The position numbers and the translations under genes are program-made. This document shows, piece after piece, positions 33,380 to 49,045 of a DNA stretch of 64,000 nt. The DNA is from the human T2T-CHM13v2.0 reference genome, Homo sapiens. Under the pieces are notes generated by a model. That model worked only from the letters and a program-made list of their open reading frames with translations. It ran no database searches and had not been told where the DNA came from. Numbering within the stretch: position 1 is the stretch's first letter; every line of letters begins with the position of its first letter. The stretch lies in NCBI RefSeq assembly GCF_009914755.1, contig NC_060925.1, one strand, 5' to 3'.

Positions 33380-35149
33380 AAAAGGCCTGTCTTTTGAAAC
33401 TTTCTGAACCTGTCTTAAAGTTCAGAAACTCTTTCTTCTGCTTGATCCAGTCTGTGGTTGAAGTTCTTGATTATATTTTTTATTTCATTCATTTAATTCT
33501 TCATTTCTGAGATTTCTGTTTGTTTCTTTTTAAATGATATCTATTTCTGTTAAATTTCTCAGTCAGATTATGTATTGTTTTTCTGATTTTGTTGAATTGT
33601 CTACCTGTATTTTTTTTGTATCTCATGGAGTCTCCTTAAGATCATTATTTTAAATTCCTTCTCAGACATTTCATACATTCCCTTTTCTTTAGGGTTGGTT
33701 CCCGCATAGTTATTGTGTTCCTTTTAAGGTGTCATCTTTCCTTGCTTTTTTATGTTTTTTTTTGTGTGTGTGTGTGTGTGTGTGTCCCTTCATTGATATC
33801 TGTGCATCTGGTGGAATAGCTGCTTATTACAATTTTATGGAGTAGTTTTTGTGGAGGAAACTTTTTCACGCAGATGTTTCCTACAGTATCAGTTAGGTAG
33901 AGTGTTTTGGCTTTGGTTTTAGGTTGGTGCTGTAGTGTAGTCTCCAAGTGATTTCTTTGGCTGTAATAAATATCAGCGATGTCTGTGAGTGCCTCAATGT
34001 CCTAAGAACTGCAGGTGTTTGTTAAGGTAGTGGTATGGTTTTGCTGGGGACAGAGATGGGTCAGTTCTCAGGCCCTTGGTGTGTGTGTGTGTAGCATGTA
34101 TGGCAGCTCTGCCAGTCATGGAGTTGTTGTCATCACTAGCAATGGTGGGTGCTGAGCAAACTGATACTTTTGCCCTGGCAGGTGCACATAATGCATGGTG
34201 TCTTCACTGGTTGAGGTGGATGGGGTCCCCTTAGTGGTGGTAGATACTACATGTGCTGGTCTTTGGGCCTTGGGGGACACATTTGTTGGTTACCTCAGTC
34301 TTGGGGATGGTCTACTTGCTGTGTTAAATCCCCCGTTTCTTAGGGTGCAGGGTGCTTCATGGGCTCATGTGCTATTGTCATGGTTGTACTTCCTGGTGTA
34401 GCTGGGGTTGTGGTGTTCCAGCCTTTTGTGTGAGCATGTTAGGTTGATGATTGGCCTCAAGGATGTGGAGATGCAGGAGCTATTGGCCTCTAGTGCAGGA
34501 TGCACTCTAGCTCTGTTCTCAGAATGGCACCAAACTGTAGCATTTTGGGTCTTGGCAAGTAGGGGAGACCCAACATGAATTCCTTTTCTAGAGCAATGAA
34601 GCCATATGGACTCTAGGCAACTTCCTGTACTAATCTCAGGGCCTCTGAGAACTGTGGGGGTCTCCTGTAGCTAGGATTGCAGTAATCCACACTGGTAATG
34701 AGGATCTCCCACTTATCTTTTCCCAGCACTAATGAGTCCCTCTTGGCTCTGAGCCAATCCTGGTTGAATCCTTCATTTCCCTCTCAATGCTGCCATCCCC
34801 CTGGTTTAGTCTTAAAATAGATAAAGGAATATCAGTATAGAGCCTCTTCAAGCATCTGCTGACCTTCAAGGGCCATTAATTTAAAATAATCAACATATAA
34901 GGATGTTATATTTTGGGGGTGAAATTTCCTGAGCTCCTTCATAAGTTTTCAAGTATAATTGATTACCTCTTGGGTAGAGGGGGAGGGGAGAAATTAGACA
35001 GCACTTGATATTGTCCCAAAAGACACATTTTTTTCAAAAGAGACTGAATTTACTATTATAAAAGTAAATAGCCAAAGATGCCCTTAGTTAGAAAGTGTAA
35101 ATTATTTCCGCTTACTACCTAGCAGGATGGAAGCTCAAAATCAAGATAA

Positions 35150-36430
35150 GTTTAGTTACAGGAAAGAAAGGAAAGGCCAGTAACATCAGACTGGATAATT
35201 TGGACAAACCTTCCCACTGGACACAACTAATATATATGTATGTATGTGTATGTATGATATATATGTATAGAGATATATATTAGTTATGTTATGTACATAC
35301 ATACATATACATATATCTGTAACTGAAGGCATCTAACTAAAGGCATATATATATAAAACAATTACTGGATTGACATGCAGGATGCAGGGAAGTCTGGGAA
35401 CACTGAAGTTTCACCTAGAGAATATTTGCTTATTTGACATTGGCAGTTGATAGGCTGAGCAGTATTTTGGGTAGTCAAGAGAGCAATAGTCAGAGCCTGG
35501 GATCACATGTTTGGGGTTTCCAAGATGACCACTTATTTTATTAGCATAAAAACATCTCTGTTCTTGAACTTGGATTAATATGTTCCCAGACTTTAGGAGC
35601 CTAGCAGAAGAAAATAAAAGTACTTTCAGGAGAAAATAATATTATCTGTGGCCTATAACAATTTCTATACGGATGTTTTCAAATAAAACGTATAGCATAT
35701 AATCAAAGAAAACAAAGGGACAAAATAAGTTGGGGAAAACCAGAAGAAAAATCAAGAAACATAAACAAACCCCCAGAGACCTGGAGATTGGAATTATCAG
35801 ACACAGTCTATAAAACAGTGATATTTCTGTGTTTACAAACAGAAAGGCCAAGCCTGAAAAATTGGCCAGAAAACTAGCAGCTATAAAAAGTGACATTTTG
35901 TAATATCTTTTACAAATATTTGAAGAGATAATGGCTGAGACTTTTAGAACTGGTGAAAGACATCAATACACAAAAATCCAATGAATCCCATGGCAGTTGA
36001 ATAAAAAGAAAAGTACATCTAGACACTTCATAGAGAAATTGCATAAAACAAACCAAATAGAAAATCTTTAAAGCAGCTATACAAACAAGATAGGCTGCCA
36101 TCAAGGAAGCAACAATTGGATTTACAAATGAATTCTCAACAAATCTGCAGGCCAGAAAACAGTGGAATGACTTCTTCAAGGTGCTGACAATTATGACAAC
36201 TGAAATATAAGCTCTACAAACCAAAAATACCCTTTGGATATAAGAAAATAGTATATAAATTTTCAGATCAACAGAAACAGAGATAATCACAATAAAATAA
36301 ATTTCAATGGGTATTCCTTAGGTTGAAGGAAAATTACCCTGGATGGAAGATCAGAGGTATAGAAAGAAATGGAGAGCAAAGAAAGAGGTAAGTTTAAATT
36401 AATGTGGTTTAAAACAATGATAAAACTGTC
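35150..36430 (+). mobile_element. Ancient L1M ORF1-region fragment
   Basis: ataatggctgagacttttagaactgg, aaaatctttaaagcagc, ggccagaaaacagtggaatgac. Confidence 0.65.
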
Positions 36431-36446
36431 TTATGGTATTTAGAAT

Positions 36447-36479
36447 TCTATCTATCTATCTATCCATCTATTATCTGTC

Positions 36480-36520
<41 letters not shown>

Positions 36521-36534
36521 CCTACCTACCTATC
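36447..36534. repeat. (CTAT)n/(CTAC)n tetranucleotide STR
   Basis: Direct inspection. Confidence 0.95.
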
Positions 36535-36549
36535 TTCTCTCTGTGTCTA

Positions 36550-37714
36550 AGATATTGTGATTTATAATAACAAATATCCATTTGGTCTTCAACCCTATTT
36601 TCTGGCACACAGCTCCTAAAACCCTTGGAATCTCCAATGTGATGTGTCTTATTTTATGCTAATGAGATGAGTGATGGGTGGGGGCTCCTGGATAGCCTCT
36701 AGATGAGGGGGGATTGCCAGGGAATCCAACCATGTGATTAGAGATTTGAAACTTTCGGCTCACTACAGGAGGGGAGAGGGAATGAAGGTAGAGTTGATCA
36801 CCTATAGCCAGTGACTTAATTGATCACAGCCACAAAGTGCAGCCTCAAAAAAAAAATACCCTAAGGGAAGGGGTTCAGAGAGCTTTTGGACACATGGGGC
36901 TGCTAGAAAGATGATGCACCTGGAAAGGGATGAAAGCTTTGTACCCCTTCCCGCATAGCTTGCCCTATGCATCCCCATCTGTATCCTTTTTAGTATCTGT
37001 CATGGGTGCCACTGGCTGGGGCCAGCATTGCAGGTGGTAAAAGAATTTATCAAGACAGATGTGGAGAAAGAAATAAAGATTTATTAGAGGGAAAGTGCAT
37101 TGCCAGGAAGCAAGGGGCAGCACAGCAGAGAAGGGGCTGTCTGCAAAGAGGCAGGAGCTGGAGGGAAGTTTTATAAGGTCATACTAGCGGGGCTTTGTAG
37201 ATAAGGTCATTCTGGTGGGGCTACATGTGGAACAAGGTATCTGGGAGTAGGATGTCATGCCAGCAGATTGTCTGTGATTAACTGTCTTTCAGAACAATTG
37301 TTCTTCCCTACCTCAGGCCCTCTCCTTGCTGTGGCTTACTTATTTTATTAGGACTCCACTGTATCTTTTATAATAAACTGGAAAATGGAAATAAAGCACT
37401 TTTCTGAGTTCTGTGAGATGCTTTAGCAAATGACTGAACCCAAGGAAAGGGGCTTGAAAAACCCCAACTTATAGCTTGTCAATCAGAAGTTCCAGAGGCT
37501 AGGATTTGTGATTGGCATCAGAAGTGGGGCAGTTCTGTGGAGCTGAGCCCTTAATCTGTGGGATCTGACACTATCTTCAGTTAGATAGTATCAGAATTGA
37601 ACTAAAGTATTGACAAGACATCAGCAAGTATTGTGAAATTACTTGGTATGGGGGTAAACCCCCATAAATCTGGTCACAGAAGTGTTTTGTGTTGAGTATG
37701 GACTATATCTTCCA
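36550..37714 (+). mobile_element. MER21-family LTR with nested LTR
   Basis: ctggcacacagctcctaaaacccttggaatctcc; ggcatcagaagtggggcag...ctgagccctta. Confidence 0.82.
36998..37360 (-). mobile_element. Solo LTR, MER83-like
   Basis: 363 bp, 5-bp TSD gtatc (36993-36997, 37361-37365); gtggagtcctaata...gaacaattgttctga start. Confidence 0.65.
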
Positions 37715-37715
37715 C

Positions 37716-37716
<1 letters not shown>

Positions 37717-37765
<49 letters not shown>

Positions 37766-37768
37766 CAT
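37717..37768. repeat. (CTAT)n tetranucleotide STR
   Basis: Direct inspection. Confidence 0.95.
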
Positions 37769-37835
37769 CCAGAGAAATAAAATACATCACATCAACAAAT
37801 ATGTAAATTAAAATGAGGGTAAATGTAGTAAAGTG

Positions 37836-38517
<682 letters not shown>

Positions 38518-38857
38518 TAATATCAGACTTTGTTAAGTTGAGATAGATGTCATAATCTCTAAGGCAATCATTAAAAAACAAAGCAATATAATATATAACT
38601 TAGAAACTAATTGGGAGTATAGAATTATAAAAAATAATAAATATATTCAAAAGAAAGCAACACTTTTCTCCTAAAGTTTGTGTTACCCTATATACCACCT
38701 TTTATCTTTAACACATGCCAACATTCCTTAATCACCTTATGCAAAAAGAAGGGTTTATTATGTTAGGGTAAAAACAAAAAGGTCTTTAAGTAACATTTAG
38801 GAGTAAGGAGAACACTCATTCTATCAGCTTTGGGGTTAAGGGAGGATAAGAACATAA

Positions 38858-39185
<328 letters not shown>

Positions 39186-40683
39186 AGAAGTTTTTAAGAG
39201 AAGAAATGTCCATGAGAAACATTCACGTTGATAATATTTAAAAATCTGTTTTTTCCATGGCCTGGAGATTCCAGAGGGCACAGGTGAAAGGTTTGCAAGA
39301 AAGGGTGGCAATACATATTGGATCAGCAGGAAAGAAACTAAGAGCAGTATAGGAAGGCATAGATTACCAACGACGATTACTCCTAGTCAGTGAATAAGCA
39401 TAACAGAGATAAAGGCATAGTGAATTTATCTGGCTAAATGATTTTCTAATTAACTAGTCCTGTAAATCCCCTGGTAAATCAAAGCTGTGTCAGAATATAT
39501 CAACCAAGGACTGGGTGATTGAGCTTCCAAAAGAGCCTTTGTCTTGGATAAATGGACTTCGAACCGTCTAGTTTGTTCTCATGACTTGCTCTGTAGAAAT
39601 GGAAGTAACCATTTAGCTTTCAAGTGACTTCATTTATATCTGCCTTGAAACTACAAAATTGTAATCGTTTTCTAAAAATAATATATCTGTTAATTAAATT
39701 TACCCTTCCCCAAAAGCTAGGTATTTTTTAGCCATGTAGCCATTCAAAAACTTGAGGTCATCTTTCCAAAAGGAATGAAGGAATTCAATAAACAACCAGC
39801 TGAATTATGTGGCTCTGGAGAGCTATATAAATTAATGTAGAATCCTATGTCTATTAGATATGCATAGTTGTATCTTATCGTCTCTTCTACCCGTTTGAAA
39901 TTCCAGTTGGTGCTTCGTGTTCAGTAATTGTGAACTTACCTTGATTTCCCACAAGTCATCTCATAAGTAACTGTTCACATAAATTCACCAGCATAGCTCA
40001 TTTTAGAAATTATATGTTCTATTTAATTCTATAGTTTATCAGTGGCAAAAAGTGCACTATAAATTTCATTCCTTTTGGGTTCAGTTCTCTATTGAAATAA
40101 ACGGTGAGGCAGTAAGGGAGACAAAGACCTGACTCCCGTGGGCATTAAGTGAATTGATTATGGCTGGAGTGTTGCCTTGGGAGGGATGGCTGTTGCTTCA
40201 ATGATCTGTTATTATCACTAGCTCTGCAGTGGAAGCTTCTGAAGAATTTTAATGATTTAAAAATCCTTATTCTAAAATTAAAAATCTAATTTGAATTCTA
40301 GAATCATAAACTGTTAGAAAAACACCTGGTAAAATATTTAGGGTCTGGTTTCTCCTGCTGCATTACATCTTCCAGGTGGAAGTGGAGTGAGAGGTGGTGC
40401 ATGGAAAGAGCATTGATCACACCACTCCTTGAGGAGCGATTTTTTCCCCAATGTGTTTTCTGCTTTCTGTGCATCTGAAAATAGAGGCTCCCCAAAGGCA
40501 AAAACATAAGTTAGGAAAATGGTTTATCTCATATTAAGGAAAAAGTTATATGCAACTAAAATAAACTTATACTTGTTCTTTGCATATATATGTATGCTGT
40601 AATTCTTTGAAAGACTCTGTAAATTGATCTGATTCCATTGTTTGAACCAGGGAGGAGCATGTAAACTGGCATGTAGCTATTAT

Positions 40684-40913
40684 AGATTGAGTATCCCTTA
40701 TCAGAAATGGTGGGGACCAGAAGTGTCTCAGATTTCAATTTTTTTCCAATTTTGGAATATTTTCATTATACTGGTTGAGCATCCCAAATCTGACAGTTTG
40801 AAATCCGAAATAATCCAATGAGCATTTCCTTTGAGCGTCATGTTGGTGCTCAAGAAGTTGCAGATTTAGAAGCATTTCAAATTTCAGATTTTGGATTTGT
40901 AATGCTCAACCTG
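40684..40913. mobile_element. Tigger4a/MER46-type MITE
   Basis: agattgagtatccctt...atgctcaacctg terminal inverted repeats, ~230 bp. Confidence 0.82.
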
Positions 40914-41144
40914 ATTGATAAACTAGAGCCTGATGAGGAGGAGATGCTTAAATACCATTTGAAGGCAGATATTTAAGACCCCTCAGACATCTCGTTCCTG
41001 TCTTTGAGATGCTTCTCGCTCTATGTTGCTCTACCTTGAGCTTGAATTATTTCCTCTTCTCTTTTTAATGTTAAAAGTTACATTTTTCTTGTATTAAAAG
41101 TAATAATGCTTATGCAGTAGAAAATTACAAACATACACAATAAG

Positions 41145-41447
41145 GCCTGGGTGCAGTGGCTCACACCTATAATCCCAGCATTTTGGGAAGCTGAGGTGGG
41201 AGGATTGCTTGAAGCCAAGAGTTTGAGACCAGCCTGGGCAACAAAGCGAGACCCCCCCATCTCTACAAAAAATTGAAAAAATATTAGCCAGGCATGGTGG
41301 CATATGACTGTACTCAGGAGGCTTAGGTGGGAGGATCACTTGAGCCCAGGAGTTAGAGGCTGCAGGGAGCTATGATGGTGCCACTGCACTACAGCCTGGG
41401 TAATAGAGCAAGACCCTGTGTCAAAAAACAAACAAATGAAAACAAAG
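41145..41447 (+). mobile_element. AluJ
   Basis: ggaggattgcttga, gaggctgcag, agaccctgtgtc. Confidence 0.88.
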
Positions 41448-41928
41448 ACACAGTAATATAAAGTTCATTATAATGGAGAAATTACACCCAGTTATAGCTC
41501 TGTTAACATTTTGGAGTGTTCTTACATGTAAAAAAATTTACATATATAGACAGACACACACCTATATAGAGTATACCAATGGTTCTTAAACTTGGGTGTA
41601 CATTAAAAATCACTATCAGTGTGCTTTATGTAAGAAAGAATTATTGAAACTCCACTTAGACAATACTTAAAGAATAGTTCTTACCTTAAAAGATTGATTA
41701 TAGTACAAATTTATTTTTAAGCGAAGATTGAAAGTGTATATGCATGTGAATATATTTATGCAATTATTTATCAAATATGTATATAGCTTTATATCTTGAT
41801 TTTTCACTTAATATTATAAGTTTTTCCATATCATCAAAAGTCTCAGTGATCATCATCCATAATGGCCACAAAAATTCCGTCTTATAAAAATACAAAAAAT
41901 TATTTATAGTCCTGTTGTTGAACACTAA

Positions 41929-42142
<214 letters not shown>

Positions 42143-43159
42143 AAATACACTATGATAAAGATAACGAGCTAAATTTGTATATACGTTTCTGATTATTTCC
42201 TTAGGATAGATATCTTACATGTGCACTCAGTAGATCAAAAGGGAAAGGGGGCCAAACGTGGATCAAGAAAACACAAGTTTTCCCAGGAACCTCATAACAG
42301 ATTTCCACTTTCATCTCATTAATCAGAACAGTGTCACATGTCACATGGCCACTCCTGACTAGAAGGCAGGAAGAGAGAAGTTGGGTCAGTTAACAAATAG
42401 AGTCTATCCCTGTGGCTACAGAACATTTTTAGACACCTTTTTTCCTCTTTTATGGAATACAGTCATCTCTTCCCCAAGTTCATCAACCTGCAAATCTCAT
42501 GCAATTACTGCTTCCAGCTTGAAAACCTGGATCTTTGGGTGATAAACAGTTGTCTCCATCCAGCCTAGGTATGGTTCCCCAGGGATCAGCAGGTTGTAAG
42601 CTAAAGCAGTGGTTAAGAGTCATTTGCATTCATCTGAATCAGCTAAGAGCTTGTTAAAAACAAATTGCTGAGCCCCATCCAGTATTTCTGATTCAGTAGG
42701 TCTGAAGTCAGGCCCACGAGTTTCGTGTTTCTAACAAGTGCTGGGTAGTGCTGCTGGCCCAGGGATTACAAATGTTATATACATATTACATAGCCATAGT
42801 ACAATATCATAATCAGGAAATTGACATTAATAGAATCCATTTACCTTATTCAGATTTTGCCAGTTTTACATGCACTTGTTGCATATGTCTGTACTTAGCT
42901 CTATGTAATTTTATTACATGTGTAGATTTGTGTTATTACCACCCACAGTCAAAATACAAAGTACTTCCATCACAAGAATCCTTTCTGTTATCCTTTTATA
43001 AACACCACCACCTCCCTCCTTCTCATCTCCAACACCTGGCAACTACTACTCTGTTCTCTATCTCTGTAATTTTGTCATTTCAGGAATGCTACATAAATGA
43101 ATCATACAGTATCTAACCTTTGAAGACTGTTTTTTTTCCACTCAGCAAAATCCCCTTGA

Positions 43160-43510
<351 letters not shown>

Positions 43511-43721
43511 TCTATATTATTGTTACGAGTTTAACAGTTCATCTGTTGAAGTACACTTTGGGTTTTTTCCAGTTTTAACTAGTACAAATAAAGTTATAAT
43601 AAATATCCATGTGCAGTTTTATTGGTAAATATAATTTTACATTTCTTTAGGATACATGCCCAAGAGTGCAATTACTCAGTGCATGGTAATTGCATATTTA
43701 TTTATAAGACACTAACAGATT

Positions 43722-45724
43722 ATCCCACCCCCTCAGGCTCTGCCTTGCCCCTTGTGGCACCTGGGAGATGACGGAGTTGAACATCCAGTAGCACTGCCAG
43801 GTGTAGCACTGCGGGTATCAAGGTGATTGGGGAATCCCCATCCTTGGTCACATGAGACCTGAGCCCTGCTTTGGCTCCATGGATGGCAGCAGTGGGTTTT
43901 CCTCCATTTGTATGTTATGGTTGTTTAGGAATATTTTGCCTTGAATACAAATCCAGGAGTCTCATGGTTGTTCTGAGGTGACTGTAATCAATGAGGACTA
44001 AAAACAGATAAACATGTGTCTTATCCATTCATTCAAGGACTGTGCTGAATGAGAACTTGTGGTAATTATATGTATTTATTGTGAGAAGAATTTTTGCCTG
44101 AGACACCATCATCAGTCAGACCATGAATGTGAAAAACTGGAAATCCAAAAGTCTCCTATGGCTGCCTCTCAGAAAATCGTTAAAGACATTATTGATTCCA
44201 AGGCAGAAGAAACAGTAAGTGAACAACAGAAAGGTGCAAAAAATAGTGAAACAGCTGCAAAGGTTGCATTGATAAAATTAAAGTTGCATGCTGATGGGGA
44301 TAAGTCATTGACACAGTATGTCTCATGTAAGCAACATACAGCTGGGCTTTGTTTTTAAAATCTAGTTTGATAGGATCTCTTTCATAACTAGAAAGAATTT
44401 TACTTCCAGGTTTTCTACTTAAAGGGAGCAAAGAGAAGAGAAAACCAATGGTTCTTTTGCCACCCATGGAGCATTGGAAAGATCATAGAATTTCCAGGTG
44501 CTCTAGTTAGCCTTAAAAATGATAACAAATTAACAGCTAAGAAATTAATGTTATGGTTATGTCGCATTACTTCAGGAGAAGCCTTACCCGTAGATCATAT
44601 TTGGAAACCTGGATTGCTAAGGAGGATTGGCCTTTATATAATGATGGAAATATTATCTTGAAACATTTTAATGATGAAGAAAAATGGTTTTAGCAATATT
44701 GATTCTTACTTGGGATAGTGATTTTAGGACTCAGAAATCACAAGGAAAGTTCTATGTACACCAATTTAAAAAAATAAAATAAAAATAAAAACATTCTGTG
44801 TATATGTTTGTCAATTTCTTTTACTACAAATACTATTTTTCATTTTTTAAAGTTGCTTTTAACTTATTTCTATTGTGTCACATTTTATATAGTTTTCTAT
44901 TAAGTTTGGGTAATTTTGTGTTTTAAAGCTTAACTATGAACCGATACTCAATTATTAGCAAATTTTTGTATGTAATTATTTTGTATTAGGTGATGCTGTA
45001 GTAACAACAACAGAGGTGTATTTCCCCATTGGTTAATGTCAGCTGTTGATTCTTCCATGTCATCTTCACTTCAGGGTTGAAGCTCAAGGAACAACCCCTT
45101 TTTGGGACATTGTCTTTTTTATTTACAGAGGGACAAGGAGATGACACCATTTCAGTTGGCTCTTAGAAGATACATGCATCATTGTTGTTTTAAGTAAGTC
45201 ACATGGTCAAACCTACCATCATGGGTCCAGAAAATATAGCCTTGTTGTCTAGCTATGTCATGATGTATAATTGATGTGTGTACATAGATTGCCAAAACTT
45301 AAAGATCATCTCATTCCATCTTCTAAGTTTTTGGATGAAGGATCTCAGGCCTAGGAGAAAAAAGATTTTCTTCATGTCACCTAAATGCATTGGGTCATAT
45401 TTTTGATAAGGACCTCCTTCTAGTAGCATTCATCTTTTTGTTTGTATGACTGTATTACAAATGAGAAGAAAGATGGGATAGTTCAACTTCGTTACAGCCT
45501 CTGTATATATACTAAAGCAAAACACATGCTAAAAGTAACTACATTTTTGACGATCAACTCAAGTTAATGCTCCTGACTGATGTTTTCCATCTATACCCAA
45601 CAAAGTACTGCTATATAGAAGGAATAGAATTTATTTCTATTTGTTCTTTGTCCCTTTTCTATTCTAATTATCATGAACATGTATAGTGATTTTAGGTTTA
45701 ACTAAAGGAATAAACTCAGAAAAC
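43722..45724 (+). pseudogene. ZFAND1: Processed pseudogene of AN1-type zinc finger protein 1 with long 3'UTR
   Basis: ATG 43768; ICIYCEKNFCLRHHHQSDHECEKLEI...GAKNSETAAKVALIKLKLHADGDKSL; stop 44716-44718; aataaa 45709-45714; agacactaa repeat at 43707 and 45725; multiple frameshifts and stops. Confidence 0.92.
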
Positions 45725-46361
45725 AGACACTAATACACTTTTTACATTCTCACTATGTATGAGTGAACCAGTTTCTTCACATCTTGACCAGCATTTGGTG
45801 GTGTCAGTATTTAATATTTTAATTTTTATGATTAAATATGTAGATTATACTTTTGTACCTTTAATATTCATTATATTAATGGCTAGAGATGTTGAACATT
45901 TTTTTGGTTATTTGACACTTGTATATTTTCTTCAGAGAAATATCTATTCAAGTGTTCAACTCCAAACCTATGTGCTCATGTACAAAGTTGGATTGCCATT
46001 TTGTTGTTGAATTGTAAGAGTTAAAAAAAGTATATTCTGGATACTAGACCCTTGTCAGACATATGATTTGCAAATATTTTCTCCCATTCTTGGGTTGTCT
46101 TTTCACTCTCTTAATAGCATCCTTTGATATGTATACTTTTAAATTTTGATGAAATCCAATATATTTATTTTTTCTTTTGTTGTTCATACATTTGGCACAT
46201 ATCTACAAAACCATTGCTAAATCCAAGGTCATAAAAGTTGATCCCTATAATTTCTTCTAAAGTTTTTTTTAGTTTTAGCTCTCATACTTAGGTCTTTAAT
46301 TCTTCATATGGCATCTTTGATACACTGAATGCTGTGTTTGTGTCGCTAAAAAAAATTTTGT

Positions 46362-47330
<969 letters not shown>

Positions 47331-48084
47331 TCATATTCTATCTTTGATGTGTTGAAACCTGTGAAGGCATCACTTAAAAAAATTCAGACAAGAAAGTTGG
47401 CAAGCAATTTTGAGGCTTTAATGGGTTGAAGTTTAACTTACAAAGTCATTTGTCAAGGATTGACAACTTCACATATTCCAACTTCACATATAGTAAATTA
47501 TTATGTAGGTTCACTTATTTGTAGGTTCTTTTATGTAACTGATAAAATATTTGAAATTTTCTTTACATAAGAAAATTAAGCTTTTCATATATAAGCTTTG
47601 CATATTTCATTCACAATCTCTAGGTACAACGCTCCTCTAAATACTATATGTCCCTATTATAGTTTTTCAGTTTATTGCTGGCTTTCAGGAAAACTAGGCT
47701 TAAAAAAATTTATATTGTATGTATTACTTTAATGAACTGTCTCATTAGATATAATAGTTGTAACTTTTTCCAATGGTTTCTATAGAATTGTCTATTTGGA
47801 AAAAAATATAGTCATCTCTATTTCCAGATGATGTTTGTCTATAAGTATAAATATAGAGCATCAACTTAAAATAATTGAAGAGTCAGTAAGGTGGTTATCA
47901 TAAGGTAAGATAACTAGCTCTAAATTAAACATAGGCTGTTTTCCTTTAAAGATAGAAAATATATTAGGAAATTCCCTTAAGTTATAGGGAAAAATGTAAT
48001 AATTAAAATTAAAATAATCTCGTCCATTACTTTTATCTCATTTTTCTTTCTTGCACTACTAAGTGTAGTTACTAAGACAATATT

Positions 48085-48212
48085 TTTGTTGTTGTTGTTG
48101 TTGTTTGTTTTAAGGGATGAGGTCTTCTTATGTTGTCCAGGCTGGTCTCAAACTCCTTGGTTCAAGTGATCCACCTACCTTGACCTCCCAAAGTTCTGCG
48201 ATTACAGGCATG
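48085..48212 (-). mobile_element. FLAM/Alu monomer with (TTG)n tail
   Basis: caggctggtctcaaactcc...cctcccaaagt. Confidence 0.8.
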
Positions 48213-48224
48213 GAGAACACAGAT

Positions 48225-48418
48225 TTTGAAAATGGAAACCTGACATTTACTATGTAACTTTTGGCCATTAAACCCTGTAAGGCTCAGTTTCTGCATCTGA
48301 AAAGTGTTATAATAGTCCCTACCTCATGAGGTTGTTGTTATAATTAAGTGAAATAATCCATGTGAAATCCTTAGTGTAGTGATGATACATAATAAGCATT
48401 AAATATAGTCATTATTGT
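48225..48418 (+). mobile_element. MIR SINE
   Basis: ctcagtttctgcatctgaaaa...ctacctcatgaggttgttgt core. Confidence 0.8.
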
Positions 48419-48769
48419 TAATTTATTGGGCAAGATTTATACAGCAATATTATATGATAAGGTTATAGCAGGCAATCCTTTAGTCTCTATATCTTTAAGG
48501 GGGATATTGTTAGTGATTTAACATTAAGCATGACACTTACGAGAGGTAGATTTACCTTGAATGAAGCTCCAGATTCAGTCTCCCACTTATGCCTGTCCCT
48601 TCCAAAGCTCTGAATAATGTGTTTATATGATAATATACTTTTGTAAAATTTGCAAAAGTAAGGCATTTAAACATAATTGGCTAAGATAACCACTGTTTCT
48701 TTCCATGCTGGCTTCCCCACCATCATATTTCCACTGCTGCCAGTTGGCATTGCGGTTACTATGGTTTAA

Positions 48770-49045
48770 CAGTTATTTATTGCTATGTAAAAAAAATCCG
48801 CCAAACTTAAAACAACAATCATTTATTAGTTCATAATTCTGTGGGTGGGCAATTTTGGCTGGCTTCTGATGGATGGTTCTACTGTTGGACTGTCTTGGGC
48901 TCATTCATGTGGCTGCAGTCAGATAGTGGGATGCCTGGGGGGTTGTAGAGTTCCTGATGGCTTCACTCACTTGTTTGGGGTCACGGGGAACTGGGCTTCA
49001 TGTCTCTAGCATCTAGCAGACTATCATGGATTCTTCACATGGAAA
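48770..49045 (-). mobile_element. MLT1-type MaLR LTR fragment
   Basis: cttaaaacaacaatcatttattagttcataattctgtggg. Confidence 0.7.

Noticed and set aside
33172-33510. 112-aa plus-strand ORF crossing the L1 5' end
   Set aside because: Antisense 5'UTR reading common to young L1s running into old L1; non-ATG start in track, no support for coding
35230-35320. (TATG)n...(CATA)n quasi-palindrome
   Set aside because: Expected self-complementarity of low-complexity TA-rich microsatellite
40190-40260. Possible C/D box snoRNA (atgat...ctga)
   Set aside because: No canonical C box or terminal stem
44985-45400. MLT1-like and MIR-like fragments as independent local insertions
   Set aside because: They lie between the ZFAND1 stop and its poly(A) signal/TSD and are older than the retrocopy, so probably carried in the parental 3'UTR (unverified)
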